DNA of 64,000 nt from Euglena gracilis (GCA_039621445.1 CP154954.1:43627847-43691846); one strand, 5' to 3'. Counted from the first letter of the stretch, positions 11,561 through 24,443 are shown. Notes: generated by a model not told the origin, from the letters alone. Program-made: numbers and translations.

Positions 11561-12644
11561 GCACGGTACTCTATTTCCAAATCTGGGCCAATTTTCACCA
11601 ATTTTGGATATCCACCCCACTGGTCCCCAGATGGCAAAATTCATTGTCCTAGATGGTTAAAACAGTCATACCAGGAGCTTAGGGCCACTTTTGGGCACTT
11701 TTGGTGACATTTTTAGGAATGAAAATCGGACGCCGGGTTTTGGACAAAACCGGCGTTCCTAACGCCGGGTTTCAGGACAGAACCGGCGTCCGGAAAACCC
11801 GTGGGGGGGGACGCCGGTTCTGTCCTGAACCCGGCGTCTCAAACGCCGGTTTAAACGGTGAACTTCACCATAGGGGGGGGGGGAGGGGGGGGGTCAAAAT
11901 GACCAAAGTCTACTGCCTGATCTCCAAGGGGCGGGCATGGGACACTATCGGGGGGGGGGGGACACTATCGGGGGGGTCAATAAAATTCCTTTAGGACCGG
12001 CCGGCCGGGTCCCGTTGCAGGGGTATGGGACACTATCGGGGGGGGGGGGACACTATCGGGGGGGGGGGCATGGTACCCAGAAACACCCCCCACCGACTTA
12101 AACAGGGTTTTGGACCCCACCGAAATGTCGGTCGACCAGTTGGGTAGTCGACCGACAAGTTGGTCGACTAGTCGATCAACTACCCAGAACCCCCCCCCAG
12201 GCTAGGTCATTGAGCCGGGTCAGAATTAGGGTTACAGTTTGGGTTAGGGTTAGGGATGGGGTCAGAGTTGGGGATATGGTTCAGGTTAGGGCCCCGAGCG
12301 AGAAATTGGTGATGGACTTTTTGGTGCTCGCTAGCGACCATTGGTGATAAGGCTGGTGATAAGCCCTCTAAAAAAGTTTTTAAGCTCCCCCCCCTAAAAG
12401 CCTTCAGAAACCCCCATTCGGGGGTCCATTTGTGAAAAATTTTGTATAACACACAAGGGTATTTTTGGTAATATGCGCGATTTGGCCATCCTTGCCTTGC
12501 ACACACAAGGGGATTTTGTTATTTTGGGCGGGGGGGGTCCGGGGGGGGGGGGCGGCAGCCCCTCCCGGAGGAGGCCGTAGGCCGACTAAGTTTGCATATC
12601 GGGGTTCATTGGGGAGCGCGATCTGGCCCTCCTTGCCTTGGATA

Positions 12645-12795
12645 GGGTTAGGGTTAGTTAGGGTAAGGGTTAGGGATAGGGTTAGGAATACGGTTAGGGT
12701 TAGGGTCAGGGTTAGGGTTAGAGTTAGGAGTACAGTTAGGGATAGGGTCAGGGTTACGGATAGGGTTAGGTTTAGGGTTAGGGTTAGGGTTAGGA
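12645..12795 (+). repeat. Degenerate interstitial (TTAGGG)n tract; smaller tracts at 12225-12290, 16132-16198 (CCCTAA) and 33517-33540
   Basis: Tandem ttaggg / gtcagg / gatagg hexamers. Confidence 0.85.
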
Positions 12796-14840
12796 TTATG
12801 GTTTGGGGTTGGCCATGGAACTCAACTGATTTGGCCTTTCACCCCCTTTTTTTTCAATATGGGACATTTTCCGACGTTTTTAGGGACATTTTGATGTGTT
12901 TCCTTGCATTTTACATTGAATTAAGAGAATTTAAATTTTGAGGGGGGGGGCTTAAAAATTAAAAATGGGGGGGGGGTATTGCAGTACAGTGGAGGTCGGG
13001 CCGACCTGGTCGGCCCGACCTCCAGAGGTCGATAAGCCATGGCCAGAGGTCGGCCCGACCTAGGTCGGCCCGACCTCCAGAAGTAGCATGGCCAATATTC
13101 CGCACGGAGCCCTAGCGACTGGTCGCTAGCGACCATTGGTGGTCGGAGCGACTGGTCGCTCCGACCACCAATTTTAAGTCCACTCCCCCCCTTCGAAAAA
13201 GTTTTTAAGCTCCCCCCCCTCGAAAAAAAATTTATTCAAATTTGGAGGAAAATGACTCAAAACCCACCCAAATGCCTTCCAAACCCTCCATTCGGGGGTC
13301 AATTTGCAAAAAAAATTGAGTAATACCTTCTCTTTGCACCTGTTCTGTGAAACCATAGCCATAGTGTGATTTTATCCTTACCTTGCACACATAAGATTAC
13401 ATTCATTACGGAGCGCGACTTGGCCATCCTTGCCTTGCACACACAAGGGGATTTTGTTATTTTGGGCGGGGGGGTCCGGGGGGGGGGGCGGCAACCCCCC
13501 CCCCCCGGAGGAGGCCGTAGGCCGACTAAGTTAGCACAAAGGGAGTTTGTTGGGGGGCGCGTTTTGGCCATCCTTGCCTTGCACACCCTTACCTTGCACA
13601 CATGCAAATTAACCAAAAAAATTTTGGAGGGGGGGGCTTAAAAAAATTTTTAGAGGGGGGTGGACTTAAAATTGGTGGTCGGCCCGACCACCAATGGTCA
13701 GTAGACTTGGTCGCTAGCGACCGACCGGTCGCTAGCGACCACCAAAAGTTCCACGGCCAATTTCCCGCAATGAGCCCCCATATAAGACCCCCCCCCCCTG
13801 GCTGGCCGAAGGCCGGCCCTTTGGCCGGGACCGACCCCCCCCATATAAGACCCCCCCCATATAAGACCCCCCCCTGGGATTTTGGCTCCCGAGGGGGGGT
13901 CTTACCCCCCCCCATAATTGACACCCCCGACACCCTCCAAACCTCCCAGGTAGTGTCAATTATGGGGGGGTGTCAATTATGGGGGGGGTCCGAACGGACA
14001 AGGCAAAATACAAGGGACTCCTGACAAACCCCTTGGTCCGTCTCCTTCGACACGAAGGTCGGGAAGAACAAGCCGTGGGGGGAATGATAACTGCAGCTGC
14101 TTCATTTTGGGAGCCATAACTGTCAAAGAGATAGGTAGACATTTGACAAAGCAAAAGCAAGGCGGAAAAGACGCGAGCGGCTGAAAAAATTTTCGGTCGG
14201 GGGGGGGGTGTCAATTATGGGGGGGTGTCAATTATGGGGGGGGGGGGTGGTATATGGGGGGGCATGGTAACGAGTTTCTTCAATGAAATTTTCTTTTTGT
14301 TTTTTTTTGATGTTTTTTTTAACTGTTTTTTTTTTAAAAAAAACACGTTGTTTTGTTTTTTTTAAAAAAAACAAAAAAAAATGCCCACTATGCAACCCAG
14401 GGCGGGTCTAGCCAAAACCTCCCTGCCGTATGTCTGCAAAAACCCAGGGGGGTCCACCCAAAATTTCCCAACACTACTTTTGAAAAAACCCAGCGGGTCT
14501 AGCCAAAGTTTCTGCAATGTGTTTCCTTGCCAGCAATATGTTTTGCCCTGTAATCGCTGCGGCTGTGGCAACCTGTATGCCTAGCAATCCTCCCCCCACC
14601 TCAGAAACTGCAAAACGCTTGCCGTCACATCCATGATATTTTGCACTCAGCAATTGTGCGTCTTATCCCCTTCAGCCAAGGAGATTTTCGTTTCTGGGGT
14701 CACATTTTTGCAGACTTTTTTGCACAAAATACAGTCCCAAACCGGACGCCGGGTTTTAGGACAGAACCGGCGTCCGGAAAACCCGTGGGGGGGGGGACGC
14801 CGGTTCTGTCCTGAACCCGGCGTCTCAAACGCCGGTTTAA

Positions 14841-15810
14841 TTAAAAACGTGTTCAGCCCGCCAAATGCCTGCCCTGAAACTCGTGGTCATGAACACGTTT
14901 TCCATGAGGGCATTTGTGGCAATGACACGTTTTCCATTAAGGCATCTGTGGTCAGGCACGTTTTCCATTAAGGCATCTGGCAATGACACGTTTTCCATTA
15001 GGGCATCTGTGGTCAGGCACGTTTTCCATTAGGGCATCTGTGGCAATCACGTGTCGTCCGAAATCGTCCGAAAATGCATTTTGCGAAATCGATCGACGAT
15101 CGCGAGCGGATCTCTGGTTGTGAAAGTTGTTCAGGAACAAACTCACCCCTCGATCGAAAACTCTTTTCATAAGATGACTAGTGGTGACGACCAAATTCAG
15201 CCACGCCGCTTGGCACTCTTATTTTGTGTCACTGGGAAATCCTAATTTCACAATTCTTGTACCTCCCTGGACCCCAGATGCCCTCGATTCGAAGACAAAA
15301 ATCGTTTCTGTATGGTTTGTTAAGCATTTTAAACCAAGCAGCACCCAAAACCACCACAAATTTCGACTAAGATTCTGGCCGACCGACGATTGCGAGCGTA
15401 TCTCGGGCTGCGTGCAACGTTAGGGTACCAAGTTACCCCTCGATTGAAAGCTCTTTTCAACAGACGGCCAGCGGTGGTCATCAGATTTTTCCACGCTTCA
15501 CGGGGCTCACAAAGTTTGCAGTGCGTTCAGTTTAGGAATGGGGGAGGGGTAACACGTTTTCCATTAGGGCATCTGTGGCAATGACACGTTTTCCATAGGC
15601 ATCTGTGGTCAGGCACGTTTTCTATTAGGGCGCCGTTTTTTAGGTCTGAATTTCACATTTTTGCGTTTTTGACCCCTTGCGTGAATCATGACCACGAATT
15701 TCAGGGCAGGCATTTGGCGGGCTCTGAACACGTTTTTAAACAAATTGTGGTTGAGCCCAGATTTCAGCCTGAAAACGTGTTCAGGGGGGCCCCCTTCGGG
15801 GGCCCCCCTG
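14841..15810 (+). mobile_element. Family G element (hairpin truncated just past the loop), head-to-head with a family A 5' end (14743-14840)
   Basis: subTIR TTAAAAACGTGTTCAG...GTGGTCATGA at 14841, inverted at 15686-15739, half-hairpin 15740-15810. Internal ~32-bp tandem repeats (cacgttttccattagggcatctgtgg) and an internal segment homologous to family A. Confidence 0.75.
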
Positions 15811-17090
15811 CTGGGCTCCGTGCGGAATCCTGGCCATGCTACTTCTGGAGGTCGGGCCGACCATTGGCCATGGCTTATCGACCTCTGGAGGTCGGGCCGA
15901 CCAGGTCGTCCCGACCTCCACTGTACTGCAATACCCCCCCCTTTTTGGAAATTTAAGCCCCCCCCCCTCAAAAATTTGATTCTCTTATTTCAATTCGAAA
16001 TGAACGTAAACCCATCCGAATGTCCTTAGAAACGTCAAAAAACGTCCCAAATTCAAAAAAATTGTGAAAAATGGCTAAATCAGGTGAGATCCGTGGTCAA
16101 TGACAAAAATTCCTTTTGGTGTGCAATGCCCAAACCCTAACCCTACCCCTGACCCTGACCCTGACCCTAACGCTGACCCTGACCCTAACCCTAACCCAGC
16201 TCTTTCATCCCATATGGAAAAAAAATTGAAAAACGCGAACTTAGTCGGCCTACGGCCTCCTCCGGGGGGGCCGCCCCCCCGGACCCCCCGCCTAAAATAA
16301 CAAAATCCCCTTGTGTGTGCAAGGCAAGGATGGCCAAAACAAGTATCTTCTTTGAGGCCAGAAAAAATTTTGATGTTTGTAGCCGGCTGTTCAGAAACGT
16401 GATAAATTGGCCCCTACAAGGTACCAGCTACCCCAAAGAGCCGCCCAACTAGGGTTAATACACATGGGGGGACCCTCGCTCGGCGCCTTCGGCGCCTCGC
16501 TCGGGTCCCCCCATGTTTTTAACCCTAGTTGGGCGGCTCTTTGGGTTCGCTGGGTACCTTGTAGAGACCAATCTAACAACGTTGAGCGGGAAATGTTCTG
16601 CTGTTTGGATAAGAATCGTAACAGCGTTTTCGAGATATTTCGAATTTTTCAACTTTTTGACCCCAAAAATGACCCCTTTTTGGCAGAGCCCCCCCCTGGC
16701 GAAACCACAAAACGGCCATATCTCGGCCCAGGCGGGGAGTTGGCCCAAACCGCGCATACTGGTGGATTGGGCGTCCCAAAGTTGTGGAATGAAGTACTCT
16801 TTACATTTTCTCAACTCCCCAGCGTTTTCGAGATATTTTGAATTTTTCGATTTTTGACCCCCAAAATGACCCCTTTTGCCTGTCCAACAAACTTTCTTTT
16901 GAAAAAAAAACGGTACACAACTTTTTTTGCTCGGGCCAGATCTCCGGACCGGCGGGGAGTTGGGGGCAAAGTGCGGGCTCTGGACAAACTACGGACCCTC
17001 TCCTAACCTATAGGCTATTAACTTTTCGGGTCCGGAAATCAGGTCACATCGATAATCCGCGGGTGCCCAGGCCTACTCAGGGGGTGGGGG

Positions 17091-17123
<33 letters not shown>

Positions 17124-19922
17124 AGGGGGGGGGTCTGGGGGGCTCTGTGCGGAATTCTGGAGGTGGTCGCTGTGGAGGTCGGGCCGACCATGGTCGGGCC
17201 GACCATGGTCGGTCCGACCTGTGGAGGTGGTCGACCGACCTGTGGAGGTCGGGCCGACCAGGTCGGGCCGACCACCATTTTTTTGCACTACCCCCCCCCC
17301 CCTTTTTGCATTTTTAAGCCCCCCCCCCCCTGGTCGGTGGGTGGTCGGTGGGTGGTCGGTGGGCATAAAAATGGTTTGTGGCGGCCCCAAATCAGCCGGA
17401 AATGCACTTATGGCCAGTTCTCCCCCCCCAGGACCATGTCCTGGGGGGGGGTCCTGGGGGGGTCCTGGGGGGGTCCTGGGGGGTCCTTCGGAGGGTGCTG
17501 GGGGGGTCCTGGGGGGGGGGTGCTGGGGGGGTCCTTGGTGGGTCCCGCTTTTTTTGGCAGAAATTTTGCAGCACAAGTTCAGGTTATTCTAAAGTGGGTA
17601 CCGCCCCCCGGTGGGTCCTGGGGGGGTCCTAGGGGGGAAACTGGCCATGACTCTCACGAGAGGCAGAAAACTCCCCCCTCCACCCGATCCGAAGTTTTCT
17701 TTCAGGGGGGGGTTTAAAAGTCGGCAGTTGACTCAGTAGCACAGAGTGGGTAGTTCGCCGACTAGTCGGCCAACTGGCTCCCCCCCCCTCCCTGTCCCAC
17801 CGACTAGCTGCCGACTAGGCCAACCGACCAATTGGCGTCGTCGGTCGGCCAACCAATTGGCCAGTCAGCCGACTAGTCGGCTGACTAGCCAGCCCCCCCT
17901 TCCAGCCTGCCACCAAATAGTTGAAGGGTCAATCGACCAGCTGAAGGGTCGGTGACTGATGCGTGAAAAAGTGGTGCCTGCAGGGGACCAGCTACCCCAA
18001 AGAGGCGCCCAACTAGGGTTAATACACATTGGGGGACCCTCGCTCGGCGCCTTCGGCGCCTCGCTCGGGTCCCCCAATGTTTTTAACCCTAGTTGGGCGC
18101 CTCTTTGGGTTCGCTGGGTCCCCTGCAGACACCAATTTAACGACGTTGAGGGGATGGGATGGGACAGTTAGGGATGGAAACTTGACCCTAACCCTACTCC
18201 TTTAAATAACGTCATCAACTTTTCAAGTTCTGAATTGCAGCGGCCTTCGGCCGCTGCGCGGCCTTCGGCCTTCGGCCGCTGCGCGGCCTTCGGCCAGGCG
18301 GCCTTCGGGGCGGATGGCGGTAGACTGGGGGGGGTAGTCGGTCGACTAATGGTCGGTAGCTAGTTGGCGAGACGGGGTGGGGGGGTGTTGGGTAGTTGGC
18401 CGACTGGTTGGTCAGAATTGCAGCAGCCTTCGGCTGTTGCGGTGGCCCTTGGCCGCTGCGCGGCCTTCGACCAGGAGGCCTTCGTGGCGCATGGCAGTAG
18501 ACTGGGGGGTGGGGGGGGGAGTCGGCCGACTAATGGTCGGTAGCTAGTCGGCGAGACGGGGTGGGTAGGGTGTTTGGTAGTCTGACTACCCACTCTAATG
18601 TACTAACGGGTCAGTGCCGCCGACATTTAAGTCCCCCTGAAGAAAATCCCATGCAAACAGGTCGGTGGCTGGTCGGTGGTCATAAACATCGTCTGTGGCG
18701 GGCCCAAATCACCCGGAAATGGTCCGGATGGGTCCAAATAAGTGTCTTACACCAACATAAACACCCCCAGATGGAAATCTTTGGACGGTGGGGGGTCAGT
18801 GGACCCTTGATGGGGGCCCGGAGGGGTAAAAAAACAATGATGAAACAGGGATTACATGAAAATCCTTTAGAAATGCAAGCATTCTGCATCACGAGAGGCA
18901 GGAAACTCCTCCCTCCACCCCCATCCGAACGTCAAATAACAAAATCCCTTCTGAGTTGGCAACATACTCGGGGTATAAGTTGTTTTTGTGGCTCACTTTG
19001 GCATAGGGGGGGGGGGGGGGGCTCCGCCCCCCCCGCACCCCCCCCCCCCAAATAACAAAATCTCCTCTATGTTGGCAACGTACTTGAAGGGCTAAATCCT
19101 TTTTGTGCAAAATTTTGCAATTATATTGAAAATCCGATGGGGAGAGGTGTTCTTTTGCCAAAAGTGGCCCAAAATGGGCAATCCCCCCCCCACGTTTTTG
19201 CATATTCACCCCCGATTGGGGGGTTCTGGAGCCATTTAAGTGGGTTTTGACTGGTTTTGGGGTGATTTGGACAAAAAAAATTTCAGGGGGGGGGCTTAAA
19301 TTTCCAGAAAGGGGGGGGGGGAATGCAAAAGAATGGACGTCGGGCCGAGCAGTTCGGCCCGACCTCCACAGGTCGATAAGGTCGGGCCGACCATTGGTCG
19401 GGCCGACCATGGTCGGGCCGACCTCCTGGTCGGGCCGACCAGGTCGGCCCGACCTCCACAGCGACCACCTCCAGAAATCCGCTCGGGGCCGGTCTGGGGG
19501 GGGGGGTGGTAAGCTTCGCTCTTACTCTAAAGAGATAAGAGCTCAGCGACCATGCCCCCCCATATAAGACCCCCGCCCCCGGGAGCCAAAATCCTAGGGG
19601 GGGTCTTATATGGGGGGGGTCTGTCCCGGCCACTTCGGCCGGCCAGGGGGGGGGGGTCTTATATGAGGGGGGCATGGTAGTTTGGGGGGAGGGGGCACAT
19701 TGGATGGAAATTTTGGCACAGATGGTGCTTTCGGGCAGGGCTGGATAGAGGTAGAGGGAGAGAGATAGAGGTAGAGGTGGAGGTCACCTCTACCTAATCT
19801 ATCCCTCTATGTCACCTCAATGTCAAACTTTTGAAGAAAGTGGCTTATCAAAGAAAATTAATGCCGAACAAAGGCAATTTTATGGAAAAAATCAGAAATT
19901 GGCCATTCTTGTCACAAATCTC

Positions 19923-21288
19923 TTGTAACCGTGTTTAGAGGCCCGGCGCCTGCCCTGTATTTCGTGGCTATGAACACGGAAAACAGGGCATATTTTCTTA
20001 ACCCGGCAATATGCCCTGTTTTTCGTGGTAAGGTGAGCACGAAAAACAGGGCATATTGCCGTGTTCAGGGTTTTCTCCCAAAATTTAAGACCTTTCAAAC
20101 AAAGAACAGAATTATTTTGAATCACTTTGAATTGCTTTGAACCCGAGTGGAGAGCAGACAGATGATGGAATGGCACACGAGGAGGGACGAAGTCGGTGCA
20201 CGACCAGTGCAACGACGAACAGCGCAGTGCGTGGATGATCAGATGGGGACACACTAACGGGGTTTGCACGAATGACACACCCACGATCCATCAAACGGTC
20301 TGCTCCACTGCACCGTGTCAAGGATGCCAGGAAGTTCTGCAGGTTGCAGAATTTCCTCAGGGGGGTGCGCAGCCTCACCAATGGCTTTTTTGGTTGCCTC
20401 ACGGGTCAGAGCAGCCGCCATCAATTTTTGCAGCCGTGGGAGTTTCGTTTCAGAGGATGGCTGAGATGACGCAAGGATGCGGGCAACTGCGTTCAGGTAT
20501 CCCCTGAACGTCGATGCTTTCAATTGTCAGAATTTGAATTGCTGGCCACACTGTGCCCGGCGTTGGTCCTCGCATTGTTTGATGACCGCTTGCCCATCAA
20601 ACAACAGTGCAGGATCAAGCTCCCAAGCTGCCCAAGCACAAAGGAAAGCGTCTAGTTCGTCATAGACAGTGCAAAGCGCATTGCAGACGTCCTCGAATTC
20701 AAGGAGGTGTGCCAATGCAGATTGCTCTGTCCCTTCTGAACCGGATGCTTTCTTTTTGGTAGCCTCCGCCAGAAGGTTACCATGCAAGGGGTCAACATCA
20801 GGGTTCTTTCTTTTATCCCAACCCTGCTTAATTGTGGCCAAAAATTCAGGAACTTTTGGGGGTTGTGGCAACATTCGGTCCATGGTGTTGGCAGCTTTCT
20901 TTGCCATTTTTCAAAAACAGACTGAGGAAGAACGCAATGAGTATAAATAAATGAAGCAAATGGCACAAGAACATTTTCCAGGACGCCGTGGCCATGGTTT
21001 GGGGCATTGGGACATCATTTTCATTCACTGGTTCCTTACCACAAAAAACAGGGCATATTTTCTTAACCCGGCAATATGCCCTGTTTTTCAACACGAAAAA
21101 TAGGGCATATTGCCGTGTTCAGGAATTTTCCAGGAAAATCAACAAAAAAGTGCCCGAAACCATGGTGTGAAGCATACCCACGAAATACAGGGCAGGCGCC
21201 GGGCCTCTCTAAACACGGTTACAAAAAAATCGTGGGCCATAACCCGTATTCAGGCCGTATAACGGGTTATGCCCACGATTTTTATATA
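19923..21288 (+). mobile_element. Family E element (asymmetric TIR + terminal hairpin) carrying a coding remnant
   Basis: subTIR TTGTAACCGTGTTTAGAG..GCCCGGCGCCTGCCCTGTATTTCGTGG at 19923, inverted at 21178-21224, hairpin ~21223-21283, end TATATA. Subterminal repeats aaaacagggcatat. Confidence 0.8.
20112..20920 (-). pseudogene. Degenerate ORF resembling the N-terminal half of a tyrosine recombinase (to box I)
   Basis: ORFs 20527-20907 and 20254-20523 are one frame split by a single TGA (…KF*QLKASTFRGYLNAVARIL…KKAIGEAAHPPEEILQPAELPGILD…). After a frame change comes PRTALFVVALVVHRLRPSS, resembling R-x-A-l-l-x-l-x-x-x-G-l-R-x-x-E. Judged by eye only. Confidence 0.4.
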
Positions 21289-22489
21289 ATTGGAGGAGCC
21301 CAGATAACCGCGGTGTAACCGCGGCGAGAACAAGAACAAGGGGGGTGTACCGCTCGCGACCCCCGCGACCCCCCCGCGACCCACACATGGAGGGTTTCCG
21401 CATCCCAGTGGGAGCCAAAAAATGGCACCTAATTAGGAATTAGCACCCAAATTAGGAATCAAAATTTCCAAAAATGTGTGATAAATTCCCAATCGGATCT
21501 ATTTTTGGACACAAAAGTTCAAAAAGGAGGTCACATGTGACGTTGTGTGTGAGGTCACACTGGTCACGTGTGACCCGTCAAAACTGCCACATTCCCCCTG
21601 CGACCCCCCCCCCGCGACGTTCAGCGAGAAGGGTTAAACTGTTTGCAAGAACCTTAACCCTAACTCTTCTCCTTCAAATAACCTCATAATGACCCGTTTC
21701 TGGCCTCAAGAGAACTGACTTGTCATTTTAGAGGTGGGGGTCATTTAGCGAAGGAGTAAACCCCCCCAAATAACACCCCCCCCCCCCAAGTAACACCCCC
21801 CAAATGCCACCCCCCCCTCTGGGGCCGATTTCGAGCGCCAAAATAACACCCCCCCTGTTTTCTTTTGGTTTTCCATGTGTCAAATAGCACACACCCAAAT
21901 AACACCCCCCCCCTTTAGGGTGGTGACTGAAATTTCCGGCACCTGAAATTTCACCAAATTTCACGATTTTTTTTTATTTTTATTTTTCTTTCCGACCACT
22001 TTTCACGAACCACCCTACCCCCCCTGGGGCTCCAGCTCATGTGCCCAAATAACACACCGGGGGGGGGTGTTATTTGGGAGGGCTACCGTTTTTTCGGGTG
22101 GTCTTACTTTGGGGGGATTTCCCATTTTGCCGACGCCCCCGAAACTCTGCATCCACTACCTTGCAAGGCACCTTGCCCACGTAACCGCGATGTAACCGCG
22201 GTGTAACCGCAGTGATAACCGCGGTTTGGGCTCCTCCTATGGCAATTCTTGATACCACCCATCCGGATATTTTTTCTCATTCCTAACCTAAATAAGATGC
22301 GTTGAGATGCTACTTTGCGGCTCATTGCGGGAAATTGGCCATGGAACTTTTGGTGATCGCTAGCGACCGGTCGCTAGCGACCAAGTCTACTGACCATTGG
22401 TGGTCGGGCCGACCACCAATTTTAAGTCCACCCCCCCCTCTAAAAATTTTTTTAAGCCCCCCCCCTCCAAAAATTTTTTTGGTTAATTT

Positions 22490-23140
22490 GCATGTGTGCA
22501 AGGCAAGGATGGCCAAAATGCGCCCCCCAACAAACTCCCTTTGTGCTAACTTAGTCGGCCTACGGCCTCCTCCGGGGGGGGGGCGGCAGCCCCCCCCCCC
22601 CGGACCCCCCCCGCCCAAAATAACAAAATCTCCTGGTGTGTGCAAGCCAAGGATGGCCAAGTCCCGCTCCGTAATGAATGCAATCTTATGTGTGCAAGGT
22701 AAGGGTGTGCAAGGCAAGGATGGCCAAAACGCGCCCCCAACAAACTCCCTTTGTGCTAACTTAGTCGGCCTACGACCTCCTCCGGGGGGGGGGGGGGCTG
22801 CCGCCCCCCCCCGGACCCCCCCCCGCCCAAAATAACAAAATCCCCTTGTGTGTGCAAGGCAAGGATGGCCAAGTCGCGCTCCGTAATGAATGTAATCTTA
22901 TGTGTGCAAGGTAAGGGTGTGCAAGGCAAGGATGGCCAAAACGCGCCCCCCAACAAACTCCCTTTGTGGTAACTTAGTCGGCCTACGGCCTCCTTCGGGG
23001 GGGGGGGGGTGCCCCCCCCCCCCCCCCCCCCCCCCCCGGACCCCCCCCGCCTAAAATAACAAAATCCCCTTGTGTGTGCAAGGCAAGGATGGCCGAGTCG
23101 CGCTCCGTAATGAATGCAATCTTTTGTGTGCAAGGTAAGG
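22490..23140. repeat. Tandem triplication of a ~205-215 bp unit (inverted homolog at 13380-13610)
   Basis: Repeated gtgcaaggcaaggatggccaaaacgcgccccc...aacttagtcggcctacggcctcc units. Confidence 0.8.
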
Positions 23141-24443
23141 ATAAAATCACACTATGGCTATGGTTTCAGAGAACAGGTGCAAAGAGAAGGTAGTACTCAA
23201 TTTTTTTTGCAAATTGACCCCCGAATGGAGGGTTTGGAAGGCATTTGGGTGGGTTTTGAGTCATTTTCCTCCAAATTTGAATAAATTTTTTTCGAGGGGG
23301 GGGGGCTTAAAAACTTTTTCGAAGGGGGGGGTGGACTTAAAATTGGTGGTCAGAGCGACCAGTCGCTCCGACCACCAATGGTCGCTAGCGACCAGTCGCT
23401 AGCGACCCTGGCGACCGGTCGCTAGCGACCACCAAAAGTTCCATGGCCAATTTCCCGCTCGGAGCCCTACTTTGCCAAATTTGAGGCATTTTGAGCCTTT
23501 TGTGGCCCTTATTGGTGCCAGTTTATGACATTTTATGGACATAGAGGTGACATAGAGGTAGAGGTAGAGGTAGAGGTGGGTCAGATAGAGGTAAACCCCC
23601 CCCCCAAATAGTATTGCACCCGCAGCTCTATTGGACGGCCGCCTCCAGCGGGGGGGGTGCAGCAGTATTTGGACCCGCAGCACTATTGGACTGGGTGCCT
23701 CTTAGTCCCGGCCTATCACCACAGGCACCCTTTTTGTCTACACAATGTCCTTCTCTGAGGCTAGTGAGGTCGTGTGGTTCATCTTCGGACGACTTTTGTG
23801 AGTTGCTTGGGTGGGAATTTGCCCCCTTTCCCCTCTCTGCGGATTAAAAAAGGTGCCTGCAGTAGGCTGCACCAGCTTCTACGCATTTCACATTGCTGTG
23901 ATTTGGGGGGGGGTGCAGCATTATTGGACGCTCGCTTCATCCGGCAGGGGGTGCAGCACTATTTGGACCCGCAGCTCTATTGGCCCCGCAGCACTATTAG
24001 GGGGGGTTTAGAGGACTTTGACCTCTACCTCTACCTCTATCCAGCCCTGTTTCGGGACCCGATTTTCCATATGGGTCGGTACAGACCCCCCCCCCTCAGC
24101 TCAAAAAATATTTGAAGGTTTTTACAATTGACATCTTTTCTTCATCATAGAATGAAGTAATGTCACATTTTTTGAAAAACCGCCACAAGCGAAGCTCCTT
24201 TGCTGGAAGTCCAGGAAATCCAGACCAGGCTTCTTTTGCGGTTTTGAGCTTGTGGAAGATGATTTCTAGGGTGTTGAGAAGAAGCCTTATTTCGATGATG
24301 AGACACACCATGACGAGGTGTTGCAAGAATTAGACAAGGTGCACATGTTCCCCCCCCCCTGAACAACAAGTCCTTTTATCTAGAATACCCACCTGTTTGG
24401 GTTTTATTATTGCACTCATGTGCTCATGTGTGAAGAGCAAGGT

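Larger units (their letters stand above)
9182..11854 (-). mobile_element. Family A copy 2, interrupted by family B
   Basis: Reverse complement of 7568-8531 over 9182-9919 and 11561-11854. Hairpin at 9192-9275. Confidence 0.8.
8746..12073. mobile_element. TA-TSD CCATG element expanded to 3.3 kb by nested insertions
   Basis: TIR CCATGCCCC..GATAGTGTCCC at both ends, TA flanks. Contains family A copy 2, family B copy 1 and a hAT MITE. Confidence 0.7.
19736..24049. mobile_element. 4.3-kb TIR element (CAGGG termini) hosting family E and other inserts
   Basis: TIR CAGGGCTGGATAGAGGTAGAGG; 7-bp flanking duplication tttcggg (19729-35, 24050-56). Confidence 0.7.

Noticed and set aside
17090-17135. Long G runs as functional G-quadruplexes
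   Set aside because: They are ubiquitous within MITEs with variable length, so there is no locus-specific evidence, and homopolymer lengths may be unreliable.
19928-21219. Simple TA-TSD mariner-type element
   Set aside because: The inverted repeat extends past TA (TTGTAACC/GGTTACAA), and the adjoining hairpin recurs with it at 5205-5306.
24096-24440. Transposase fragment interrupted by the MULE
   Set aside because: It looks like degraded coding sequence, but no diagnostic motif could be identified.
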